Part shown: positions 18,482-27,548 of the stretch, piece after piece
How positions within the stretch are numbered: position 1 is the first letter of the stretch
How the letters are laid out: every line of letters starts with the position of its first letter
NCBI GenBank assembly: GCA_965208835.1
Contig: OZ242358.1
Coordinates: 1,824,001-1,888,000 of the forward strand
Direction of reading: 5' to 3'
Origin: Candidatus Latescibacterota bacterium
GTDB taxonomy: Bacteria > Latescibacterota > UBA2968 > GCA-2709665
Length of the DNA stretch: 64,000 nucleotides
Notes under the pieces: generated by a model
What the model saw: only the letters and a program-made list of their open reading frames with translations
What the model was told of the DNA's origin: nothing
The model's database searches: none
Program-made: the position numbers and the translations under genes

Positions 18482-18994
18482 CCTCTAGAAAAGTCGCCGC
18501 TGTGCCTGCCTTATGCATGGCGCGAATACCCTTACAGGACTCACCTGATACGTTGGCCTGCCAACGCCGGGAGATTTCGTAAGTTCGAGCGGGACGGAAC
18601 AACGCGCCCTGCTCCGAAAGTGCTCCTGAGCGGCATTGCGTTACGACAAACGAATGCCTGACCGAGGGCGAGCGATGTCGCGTTGCGAATTCTATCGGCG
18701 ATTTGCGCGCCATATCGCAGGCGACTCATGGGTCGCCTTTACAAATCCAAATACGGCGTGACCGGTAAAGGCTGCGGATCCTAGGTGCTCGATAATACAG
18801 CATCACTATCGGTTTGAATCTCGTGAGATCCGTTCACGCACCCGGTTGTGGTGCGGGGGGTTTTTCCACGCCATTCCGTCCAGCATCGAAGCCTGATTTG
18901 CGCATATGAGTACGCAGGGCACAATCGTTCGTCTACACCACGAAGGAGATTCGTGGAAAAACCGGCCCCCTGCCGAAGGGCGCGCTTCTTTTTG

Positions 18995-19148
18995 GTCCTT
19001 TTTCTTACGCGCGAGCCTGTGTAAAAAGGCAAAACCGAGCGAGATGACATACCATATATTGACCTAAAGAAAATAAAACCCCCATATATGGTATCCGATA
19101 GAGTGACAAACGGAGTTTTTACACACTCTGGCGCATAAGAAAAAGGAC
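18995..19148. other. 154-bp symmetric site with co-centred inverted repeats
   Basis: Outer 33-bp arms match 29/33; inner ATACCATATA/TATATGGTAT; both centred at 19071.5. Confidence 0.8.
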
Positions 19149-19231
19149 GTAAATAAAATAAAAATAATGATTTGTTTCTAAAAATAGTCACCAGTATTTA
19201 GCAAACCCATCTCTTGTCTTTCTTTTCAAAA

Positions 19232-19387
19232 TCATGCCTACGGCGTGTTTCTTGAAAACCAGGTAGACGTAAGACGGAAGAGGGTAGAGATCGCCTGCCT
19301 TGCGAGGTTTCTTCTCGTGCCAGAGGCAAGGAGGAATCAGATATAGGGCAATGATTTCGTCTACCGTCTGCCGTCTCCCCTCTACCC
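19232..19387. repeat. Heptamer-ended palindromic element, copy D (supplies the RND stop codon)
   Basis: GGTAGAC GTAAGAC GGAAGAG GGTAGAG ... GTCTACC GTCTGCC GTCTCCC CTCTACC. Confidence 0.85.
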
Positions 19388-22300
19388 GGTTTTTTGCGGT
19401 TGAAGGATTTTTTTCGCAAAGCCCCTCAGAAAAACCCTCAGGTCGTCCAGATAGGTATAGAACAGCGGCACGACGAAGAGCGTCAATATCGTTGACGATA
19501 AGAGGCCGCCGATCATCGTGATGCCGAGCGGGGCATAGGGCGTTCCGAGCATGGTCGCGGAGCCGGCGGCCATCGGGAACAACCCGAAGATGGTCGTGAA
19601 GGTGGTCATCAGAATGGGGCGGAACCGGTTGAATCCCGCCTCCTCGATCGCCTCCATTCGGCTCATGCCGCCCACCCTCAGCCGGTTGATCATATCCACC
19701 AGCACGATTGCATTGTTCACCACCACGCCGATCAGCAGAATGATTCCCATCTGGGCCATTTTACCCATCACGGTATTCGTGAGGAAGAGGCCCCAGTACA
19801 CGCCCAGAAACGCGAAGGGGATTGACAGCAGCACCGCAAACGGCAGCACGAAGGACTCGAACAGCACGCCCATCAACAGGAATACGCAGGTGATCGCCAT
19901 CGTGATCGCGAACGACATCGTGTCGTCGGCCTCCCGGAACCTGGAATAGGTCTCTCCCTTGTTCCAGGAGTAACCGCGCGGCATGGCGAATCCCTCCATT
20001 GCGCGGTCGATCTGTTCCCACAACCCCTTCAGGTCCTCCCGGGTTGTGAACGCCCGCACCCGCATCCGCATCTTTCCGCCCTCACGTCGAATGTTCCCGC
20101 TGCCTTCCGTGACATTGAACGTGGCGAATGCCGACAGCGGAACCTGCGCGCCGGTTTTCGAGCGAAACGGAAAACTCTTGAGTTGGGCTAGGGTCTGGCG
20201 GTCGTCTTCGTCCATAAACAGGCGGACGGAAACCCTCCGGTCTTCCTCGTAATGCGGCGCCAGGTTGACGCCGCGAAGCTGATAGGAGATACTGCGCCCA
20301 ACGGTCCGGGCGGAAATCCCATAGGAATGCGCCTGTTCCTTGTTGATGAGTACCTGCACTTCCTTCTCCGCATATTCCAGGTCGCTGTCCACGCTGACGA
20401 CGTCCGGAATCGCCTCCATACGTTGCCGCACGGCCTCCGACAGCCGCCCCAGCAGATCGATGTCCTCTCCGTAGAGATAAACCGAGACTCCCGGCTCACT
20501 GCGCCAACGGGTCTGAACCATCACCCGCACACCGACGAATTGCGGAATGTGATTCTTGACGTCCTCGATTACCTCCGCCCGGGTCATCTGTCCCTTGACG
20601 GGAATACCGGCTTTCTTTCGAACGCTCTTGTAAAACTGGTACCACCAGTCCCTGTTTGGCTCTTCTTTCAGATACACCCGGATAAAACCCCGGATAAGAC
20701 TGCTCTGTCGCCAGTAACCCAGCCGCACCGTTTCTATACGGTAGGTCTCCCGTTTGCTGTCCAGGAATTCCTCGATCTGGGTTGCGACGCGTTCCATCTC
20801 CGCACGCTTGAAAAAGGGAGGGGCATTGAATCGAATGAAAAATTCGTTGTTTACCCGGGCGCGACCGGTGGTCTTCTTGACGTTCGAAACCGGATAGAAA
20901 ACCGAAACAAACAGGATGATGAAGATCAGGGAAGCATCACGCCGGTGACTCAGAATCCATCGAAGGCCACCCTGGTATTTCCGCCGCATCCACCGGACCG
21001 ACCCCGGATCCTTCCTGGCGGCGTGCCTGCCGAGAAGCTTCGCCGCAAGGGGGATGAAGATCAGCGCCACGAAGAGAGACCCCAGCAGCGACACGACCAC
21101 CGGAATACCGACCCTGGTGAGTTCGAACGTCAGCCCCATGTCTCCCGTCATAAACATCAACGGCATGAAGACCACCACCGTGGTCAGCGTCGCCATCGAT
21201 ATGGCCATGCCCACCTGGCTGGCGCCGGTAATGGACGCCTCGTGCGCGTCCATTCCCTTTGCCCGCATTCGATAGATGTTTTCCACGATCACGATCGCGT
21301 TATCCACCACCATTCCCATCCCCACCATCAGGCCCATCATGGTCAGCAGATTCAACGACCAGTCCAGAAAATAGAGCACGGAAATCGTCATCATGATGCA
21401 CAGTGGAATCGACAGGGTGATCAGGGCCGTCATCCGGACCGCACGGAGGAAATACAGCAGGATCAGCGAAGCGAACAGGGCGCCCCAGATCGCGGTCGTT
21501 CGAATATTGTCAATCGAATCGCGCACCGCCCGGCCCTGGTCCCACAAGACGTTGAATTGTGCTCCGGTTTCTTCGCCGATCCGTTCCAATTCTTCCTTGA
21601 CCCGGACCGATACGTCCACGACGTTGGCGCTCGATTCCTTGTATACGTCAAGCCCCACCGCTTCCTTACCGTTGATTCGCCACGACCCGAGCCGAGGCGG
21701 CATTCCGAAAAGCACTCCCCCGACGTCGGACACGCTGACCGGTCCCAGACCGTTCGACCGCTTGACCGGTATCCGGCGGATCTCGTCCATGTCCTTGAAC
21801 CGCGCCAGGGAGCGGATGAAGTATTTCTTACCGCCCTCGTGTAAATAACCGCCCGCCAGCGCGAAATTCTCTTCCTGCAACGCCTGTACCACGTCGGCAG
21901 GCCGGACGCCGAGCGAACGCATGCGCTCCTGCAGCACAACGACCGTGATCTCCTTCCTGAATCTCCCCCAGAAAGAGATCTTCGCCACCCCGTCGATTCG
22001 TTCCAGCCGTCGCTGAACCCTGTCTTCAATGAACGACTGGATATCGTCCAGTCCCTCCGGCGGGGCCACCCCCATCCAGATGATCTCCTGGTCGGTCTCC
22101 TCGTTATACTTCCAAACACCCGTCCTTTCGCGCTTTTCCTGTGGCAGTTCCAGTTTCAGCCGGTCCAGCCGGTCCATGACCTGGTTGTAGGCCAGAGACA
22201 TGTCGGTCTCGGGGCGAAACCTCAGACTGGCATTCGCCCAGTTCCTGCCGGCCCACGTGCGCATTTCACGGAGGTTTTTCACCGTGCCCAGATGCGACTC

Positions 22301-22519
22301 GAACAGCTGGCAGATTTCCTGATCGTTCTCCTTGGGAGAGGTATCCCGGCTGTCCACCCATACCCACAACCGTTTCCATTCCCATCCGGAAGGAAAGGCC
22401 TGCAGGCGTATCTTCATATAGGATACGCAACCAATGACCAGTAGCGCCACCAGGCACATGGCCACCGTCACGGGTCTGGTTATGGAAAGACGTGGGAGAA
22501 GCGCTTGTCGGTCCGCCAC
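19382..22519 (-). CDS. RND (AcrB/MdtC family) efflux permease
   Basis: 1045 aa, RPVTVAM, GMVVDNAIVIVENI, GVVVNNAIVLVD, RFRPILMTT. Confidence 0.92.
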   Translation of the reverse strand: MADRQALLPRLSITRPVTVAMCLVALLVIGCVSYMKIRLQAFPSGWEWKRLWVWVDSRDTSPKENDQEICQLFESHLGTVKNLREMRTWAGRNWANASLRFRPETDMSLAYNQVMDRLDRLKLELPQEKRERTGVWKYNEETDQEIIWMGVAPPEGLDDIQSFIEDRVQRRLERIDGVAKISFWGRFRKEITVVVLQERMRSLGVRPADVVQALQEENFALAGGYLHEGGKKYFIRSLARFKDMDEIRRIPVKRSNGLGPVSVSDVGGVLFGMPPRLGSWRINGKEAVGLDVYKESSANVVDVSVRVKEELERIGEETGAQFNVLWDQGRAVRDSIDNIRTTAIWGALFASLILLYFLRAVRMTALITLSIPLCIMMTISVLYFLDWSLNLLTMMGLMVGMGMVVDNAIVIVENIYRMRAKGMDAHEASITGASQVGMAISMATLTTVVVFMPLMFMTGDMGLTFELTRVGIPVVVSLLGSLFVALIFIPLAAKLLGRHAARKDPGSVRWMRRKYQGGLRWILSHRRDASLIFIILFVSVFYPVSNVKKTTGRARVNNEFFIRFNAPPFFKRAEMERVATQIEEFLDSKRETYRIETVRLGYWRQSSLIRGFIRVYLKEEPNRDWWYQFYKSVRKKAGIPVKGQMTRAEVIEDVKNHIPQFVGVRVMVQTRWRSEPGVSVYLYGEDIDLLGRLSEAVRQRMEAIPDVVSVDSDLEYAEKEVQVLINKEQAHSYGISARTVGRSISYQLRGVNLAPHYEEDRRVSVRLFMDEDDRQTLAQLKSFPFRSKTGAQVPLSAFATFNVTEGSGNIRREGGKMRMRVRAFTTREDLKGLWEQIDRAMEGFAMPRGYSWNKGETYSRFREADDTMSFAITMAITCVFLLMGVLFESFVLPFAVLLSIPFAFLGVYWGLFLTNTVMGKMAQMGIILLIGVVVNNAIVLVDMINRLRVGGMSRMEAIEEAGFNRFRPILMTTFTTIFGLFPMAAGSATMLGTPYAPLGITMIGGLLSSTILTLFVVPLFYTYLDDLRVFLRGFAKKILQPQKTG

Positions 22520-22658
22520 CTGAAGCTCCCGCAGGAATCGGATTCGAACAGCCGGTCAACCAAAAGCGTTAGTAACAAAAGATACACATCCGGCGGCTCG
22601 GAATGCAAACGATCAATTCGTGTTGGGTGGGGACCCATCCCAACAACCCCCAAGAATC

Positions 22659-22808
22659 GGTGAGACGTAAGACGTAAGAGGTTAGAGATGACCCGCCTCG
22701 GTAGGTCTCAATTTTCGCCGGAGGCGTAGAGGAGGAACAGATCGGCAAAGAACCCTCCTCCCGTCTACCCGCTATTAAGCTTTTTCTTCTACCCTCTTAC
22801 GTCTACCC
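22659..22808. repeat. Heptamer-ended palindromic element, copy E
   Basis: GGTGAGAC GTAAGAC GTAAGAG GTTAGAG ... CGCCGGAGGCG core ... CTCTTAC GTCTACCC. Confidence 0.8.
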
Positions 22809-22902
22809 AATTCCGGATGCAGAACGATGCCACGAAGTGAGTAAGTCAATTATTATAAAAGGTTAGACGCAAGTCGCGAGACGTTAGATGAAATCCTAGG
22901 AG

Positions 22903-23030
22903 CGGTGAGAGGTGAGACGGGAGCCGGTAGATGAAGTCCTTGCCCGATAGATTCCACCTGCGTGCCTTCGGCCTGAGTTGAAACATCTCAAGGCATGAGA
23001 TCTCTACCCTCTTACCTCTTCCGTCTACCC
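22903..23030. repeat. Heptamer-ended palindromic element, copy F (inverted)
   Basis: Core reads as the reverse complement of A (TTGCCCG...TGCCTTCGGC...CAAGGCA.GAGATCTC). Confidence 0.8.
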
Positions 23031-23070
23031 ACATGATGATAGCCATTCCGCTAAATCCCTCGCTTTCTCC

Positions 23071-23099
23071 TTGACTTAAACCGTACAACAACCTATTTT
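23071..23099 (+). promoter_or_regulatory. sigma70 promoter for the T-box/pheST transcript
   Basis: TTGACT-N17-TATTTT just before T-box stem I. Confidence 0.6.
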
Positions 23100-23107
23100 T
23101 TCAACCA

Positions 23108-23417
23108 AAGCGATGACGGAGGAAAGTAAGCCGTCCCCAACCGGAAAGGGAGGGGGCGCCCCGGACTGAAAGCGCCCTCGCGGCATGAACGGCTGAAGTT
23201 CCCTCTTGAGCTGCAACGCTGAATGCGATTGCCGGATTCAGCCCCTGGCTTCAGGGACGTTCTCGGCAATGGCTACTAGGCGAAGCCGGTGACTCTCGCC
23301 GACAATGAAGAGGGGCGGTTGTGGCCGCCTGCAAAGCGGCGCCTGCAAGGCGCAAATAGGGTGGTACCGCGGAAGACACCACGTCCTTTCGTCCCTATGG
23401 GGATGAAAGGTTTTTTT
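23108..23417 (+). ncRNA. T-box riboswitch, Phe (UUC) specifier
   Basis: GCGATGA/AGTA stem I start, GGACTGAAAG apex, GAAG-TTC specifier (23199-23201), AGGGTGGTACCGCG T-box (23358-23371), terminator CCTTTCGTCCC/GGGATGAAAGG-T7. Confidence 0.92.
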
Positions 23418-23489
23418 GTTTCGGCGGCCCGGACGTGCGACCGCATCGTCTTTCGCCTGTCTCCAGCCCCGATTCCAGGGAGCAATACC

Positions 23490-25076
23490 GTGAGTCAACC
23501 CATCGACCTGTCGTCCCTTCACGCGCTCGAGATCAAGACGCTGCGCGCCTTCGAGCCCCGTGAGGACCACGAAGTGACAGACGCCGACCTTCCGCAGGCC
23601 GCGCGCATCGGTCCCGGCCAGATCCGGCGCGCGCTGGAATGGCTGCGTTCCAAGGGGCTCATCGTCGTGGTTTCGGAAGCCACGGTCTCGACGGTCAGCC
23701 TGACCGAGTCCGGTGCCGCGCAGGCCCGCATCGGCGCTACGCCGGAAGCCGCGCTTCTGGTTAGGGCCGGAAAAGAGCCCGCACCGACGCTCAGGAAACT
23801 GCAGGATGACACGCGCTTCGACAAGGGCGAATGGGGCAGCGCCTTCGGCGGGCTGAAGGCGGAAGGTACGATTCGGCAGGAGGGCGCGGCCATTCGCATC
23901 GCCAATGCGGACAGGGCCGCGTTCTACGCGGAGAGACTGGTACCCGGGCTCTTCGGACGCTTTCTGGAGGCCGGAGACGGGGCCGTGTTGAATCTTGGCG
24001 ACTTTACGGAAGAAGTCCAGTCATATATCCGGGAGCGATCGAGCAAACGCGGCAAGGGCAGGGCAGCCGTCCGCGTGGACGAACGCCTTGAGCGCACGTA
24101 CAGACTCGCCCCGTCGGGCGTCCGGACGCTGGCAGGCATTCTGGAAATCGATCTGACGGGTGAAGAGGTCTCGCGCCTGACGCCGGAGATGATCCAGTCC
24201 GGAGACTGGAAGAACGTGTCGTTCCGCCGTTACGACATCAGCATTAAGCCCCCGCGTATTCTCATCGGACGTCTGCACCCGTACCGCGCCTATCTTGACG
24301 GCGTCAGGCGCAAACTGCTTTCCCTTGGATTCGAAGAAATGAAGGGGCCGCTGGTAGAAACCGAATTCTGGAATATGGATGCCCTGTTCATGCCCCAGTT
24401 CCACGCAGCCCGCAATATCCATGACGCCTATTACGTCAAGGAACCCGTCCGTTCGAAAGCGGCCGAAGAACCCTTCTTTACGAAGGTGGCCGAAGCCCAC
24501 GCGAGTGGCGGCGACACGGGCTCCCGCGGCTGGCGGTACGAATTCAGCCCCGAGCGAGCACGCCGTCTCATCCTGCGCAGCCAGGGTACCGCTCTATCTG
24601 CCCGCACGCTTGCCTCGGGACCGGATATCCCGGGGAAATACTTCGCCGCCGCGCGCTGTTTCCGGTACGACGACGTCGACGCCACGCACGCGGCGGACTT
24701 TTTCCAGGTGGAGGGCATCGTACTGGGTGAGAGCATCAACTTCCGGAGTCTGCTCGGACTGCTCAAGCTCTTCGCGCTGGAAATCGCGCAGTCGGAGGAA
24801 TGCCGCTTTGTACCGGATTATTTCCCGTTCACCGAACCGTCGGTCGAGCTACAGGCCAGGCACCCCTCGCTGGGCTGGATCGAGTTCGGCGGCGCCGGCC
24901 TCTTCCGGCCCGAGCTTACGCGACCCCTGGGCGTCGACGTTCCAGTCATCGCCTGGGGTCTGGGCATCGACCGCATGGCGATGGTGGCCCTGGGGATCGA
25001 CGATATCCGCGACCTCTTCAGCACCGACCTGGATCTGATCCGGAACGAGAGAGAGAACGGGCCGGCGGGCAGGTGA
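23490..25076 (+). CDS. pheS: phenylalanine--tRNA ligase alpha subunit, archaeal/eukaryotic type
   Basis: 528 aa with N-terminal HTH extension; LTPEMIQSGDWK, FWNMDALFMPQFHAAR, FPFTEPS, WGLGIDR. Confidence 0.92.
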   Translation: MSQPIDLSSLHALEIKTLRAFEPREDHEVTDADLPQAARIGPGQIRRALEWLRSKGLIVVVSEATVSTVSLTESGAAQARIGATPEAALLVRAGKEPAPTLRKLQDDTRFDKGEWGSAFGGLKAEGTIRQEGAAIRIANADRAAFYAERLVPGLFGRFLEAGDGAVLNLGDFTEEVQSYIRERSSKRGKGRAAVRVDERLERTYRLAPSGVRTLAGILEIDLTGEEVSRLTPEMIQSGDWKNVSFRRYDISIKPPRILIGRLHPYRAYLDGVRRKLLSLGFEEMKGPLVETEFWNMDALFMPQFHAARNIHDAYYVKEPVRSKAAEEPFFTKVAEAHASGGDTGSRGWRYEFSPERARRLILRSQGTALSARTLASGPDIPGKYFAAARCFRYDDVDATHAADFFQVEGIVLGESINFRSLLGLLKLFALEIAQSEECRFVPDYFPFTEPSVELQARHPSLGWIEFGGAGLFRPELTRPLGVDVPVIAWGLGIDRMAMVALGIDDIRDLFSTDLDLIRNERENGPAGR

Positions 25077-25122
25077 CCGCTCACGCGGCCCGACACAAGC
25101 GCGTTCGGATAAAGGAGCATGC

Positions 25123-26808
25123 ATGCCCACCATAACCGTTATCAGACACGACCTCGACCGACTCGCGGGCCGGGAGTACGACCTGCGCGAGCTCGAACGC
25201 GCCCTGGAGGCCGTCAAGGCCGAGGTCAAGGTCGAGGACGACTCCCTGTTGAGGATCCAGCTGAAGGATACCAACCGTCCGGACCTCTGGTCGTCCGAGG
25301 GAGTCGCCAGGCTGCTCAGGGGCCATCGAAACGGCAGCCACGAATCCTATCCCTTTTTCGAGGAATCCGCAACGGAGCTCGAACTGCGCGTCGAGGCGTC
25401 GCTGAAGGGCATCCGTCCCTACATCGCCGCCTTTGCATGCAGAGGAATTCCGGTGGACGCCGCGGCCCTCGAGCAGCTCATCGAGGCCCAGGAAAAACTG
25501 GCAGAGGGATACGGTCGCGGTCGAAGCGCCGTGGCCATTGGCATTTACGACGCTTCCGACGTTGTGTTTCCCGTCAACTTCACCGCCGCCGACCCGGATG
25601 CCGCCCGCTTTGTCCCGCTGGGCATGGAGAACGAGCTGACTCTTCGGGATATCCTGAGCGAACACCCGACCGGCCAGACTTACGCGCACCTGCTCGAAGG
25701 CTTCGACAGATTTCCCCTCATCACCGACAGCCGGGGCGAAGTCCTCTCCATGCCTCCGGTGATCAACAGCCGGAACCCGGGCGCCGTGGAGGTCGGTGAC
25801 ACGTTTCTCTTCTGCGAGGCCACCGGCACCGAACTCGACGCCGTGCTACTCTCCGTTTCCATTATGGCCGCGAATATGGCGGACCGCGGCGGGCGTATCC
25901 TGCCGGTGAACACCGTCTACCCGTACGATACGCCGCGCGGGCGAGAGATCCAGTGTCCTCTGGATATGACAGAACCCGTGGAAGTCGACCTGGACGAACT
26001 CCGGCGCGTCATCGGCGGCGGAATCGACAATGGAGAGGTCGAAGCCGCCCTCGCCGCCATGGGGTACCGTGACGTCTTGCTCTGTCAATCCCGTGTCCGG
26101 GCGCGGCCGGCACCATACCGGGACGATATCCTGCATCCCGTGGACCTCATCGAGGACGTTATCGTGGCGGTGGGCTTCGACAACTTCGAACCCGAACTGC
26201 CGCGCGACTTCACCGTGGGCAAGTCCGCGCCCGATGAAGATCTGGCCGACCGCATCCGCGGCCTGATGGTTGGCTGCGGGTTCCAGGAACTCTTCCTGCC
26301 CATTCTCTCGTCGCGCGCCGACCTGACAGGGCGCATGCGCGATGCCGACGCTCCGGTAGTAGAAATTTCCAACCCGATGTCCGAGAACTACAGCGCATTA
26401 CGGAACGCGCTGCTGCCCGGGATGCTGCGGGTGGAGGGGACAAGCCGAAAGGCCCTGTATCCACATCACGTCTTCGAGGTGGGCGAGGTCTCCGTTATCG
26501 CGCCGGACGACCTGTACGGCACCCGCACCGAAATCCGCCTCGCGGCGCTGGAGGCGCACGCCGAGGCCAATCTCTCGGGAATTCAAAGCCGGCTCGAAGC
26601 CATTGCCTACTACCTCGGTTTTGATTACCACCTCACGCCTTCGGAGCATCCCACTTTCCTTCCGGGGCGGGCCGGGGAAATCCGGGTGGGCGGCGAAAGC
26701 TACGGCATCATCGGCGAAGTCCATCCCGAAGTCCTGGAGCACTGGAGCGTATCGGTGCCCGTGAGCGCGTTCGAAGTCAACATCGACATCGCGGGGGATC
26801 AACGCTGA
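25123..26808 (+). CDS. pheT: phenylalanine--tRNA ligase beta subunit, short archaeal type
   Basis: 561 aa; MPTITV, NRPDLWSSEGVAR, SMPPVINS, YRDDILHPVDLIED; lacks the bacterial B2 and B8 domains. Confidence 0.92.
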   Translation: MPTITVIRHDLDRLAGREYDLRELERALEAVKAEVKVEDDSLLRIQLKDTNRPDLWSSEGVARLLRGHRNGSHESYPFFEESATELELRVEASLKGIRPYIAAFACRGIPVDAAALEQLIEAQEKLAEGYGRGRSAVAIGIYDASDVVFPVNFTAADPDAARFVPLGMENELTLRDILSEHPTGQTYAHLLEGFDRFPLITDSRGEVLSMPPVINSRNPGAVEVGDTFLFCEATGTELDAVLLSVSIMAANMADRGGRILPVNTVYPYDTPRGREIQCPLDMTEPVEVDLDELRRVIGGGIDNGEVEAALAAMGYRDVLLCQSRVRARPAPYRDDILHPVDLIEDVIVAVGFDNFEPELPRDFTVGKSAPDEDLADRIRGLMVGCGFQELFLPILSSRADLTGRMRDADAPVVEISNPMSENYSALRNALLPGMLRVEGTSRKALYPHHVFEVGEVSVIAPDDLYGTRTEIRLAALEAHAEANLSGIQSRLEAIAYYLGFDYHLTPSEHPTFLPGRAGEIRVGGESYGIIGEVHPEVLEHWSVSVPVSAFEVNIDIAGDQR

Positions 26809-26844
26809 ACGATGCCGGGCGAGAGACGGGGATCGAAACACAGA

Positions 26845-26881
26845 AACGGGTTACGCCAGATTGGCGTAACCCGTTGTTTTT
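26845..26881. terminator. bidirectional terminator between pheT and the tRNA
   Basis: AACGGGTTACGCCA-GAT-TGGCGTAACCCGTT plus T-tract. Confidence 0.8.
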
Positions 26882-26970
26882 TGGTGCCGAAGGGGGGATT
26901 CGAACCCCCACGAGCACGAAGGCTCACTGCGCCCTGAACGCAGCGCGTCTACCAGTTCCACCACTTCGGC
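26882..26970 (-). tRNA. tRNA-Leu (anticodon CAG)
   Basis: GCCGAAGTGGTGGAACTGGTAGAC...CTGCG-TTCAGGG-CGCAG, long variable arm, GGTTCGAATCC, encoded CCA. Confidence 0.97.
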
Positions 26971-27040
26971 ACGTGAGCCCGGGGCCTGGGGCCGGAACCC
27001 GCAGACCGGACATGAAATATATAGAATCGCCCCGGGGTTG

Positions 27041-27475
27041 TCAAGATTCCTCGGCCGCGAACAGGCTCCTGAACCCTTCGGGCATCCGTTTCGGTTTCCG
27101 GGTGTCGTAGTCGAGAAAGGCGATCCCGGTCTTGGCACGGGCGACTTCGAGGCCCGAGTCCCTGTCGGTAATGCGGTAGAAGATGTCGCATCCGATGCGG
27201 CTCATTCCGTCAACCGCGATTTCGAAAGTCAGTGTCTGACCGTAGAAGGCTTCGGACTTGTACTGGATGACGGCGTCAACCATGATGACACCCACCCCGT
27301 CCACGTCCAGTTCGCTGTAGCCGTGACTTTCGAGAAATCGCACCCGCGCCTCGTGGACGAGCGAGAGGACGGCGTTGTTGTCCATGTGCCCACCGTAGTT
27401 GATATCGGCAACGCGAAGGCGGATATCGGTAGCGTAGTTGAAGGTCTCGGGCAGCCCGAGTTTGACGCGGGACAT
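27041..27475 (-). CDS. acyl-CoA thioesterase (4HBT-like)
   Basis: RVADINYGGHMDNNAVL..VHEARV hotdog-fold motif. Confidence 0.88.
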   Translation of the reverse strand: MSRVKLGLPETFNYATDIRLRVADINYGGHMDNNAVLSLVHEARVRFLESHGYSELDVDGVGVIMVDAVIQYKSEAFYGQTLTFEIAVDGMSRIGCDIFYRITDRDSGLEVARAKTGIAFLDYDTRKPKRMPEGFRSLFAAEES

Positions 27476-27548
27476 AGCGGGTGTGTCGTATCCTCTCGCT
27501 TGTGCCTGACGGAAGACGGTCCGTTCGCCGGACCGGCGGCATCGCGGC

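Noticed and set aside
19128-19155. dif-like site (GCGCATAA-GAAAAA-GGACGTAAAT)
   Set aside because: The XerC-like half is suggestive but the XerD half lacks the conserved TTAT; better explained as an arm of the symmetric site
18850-19230. Assignment as oriC
   Set aside because: Only 2 consensus plus 2 near-consensus DnaA boxes, no dnaA/dnaN nearby, and most housekeeping genes to the right point toward rather than away from it; kept only as an open hypothesis
20252-21844. 530-aa plus-strand ORF
   Set aside because: Antisense shadow of the RND gene
26882-27040. tRNA-anchored integrative element
   Set aside because: No integrase and no duplicated tRNA 3' end noticed in the window
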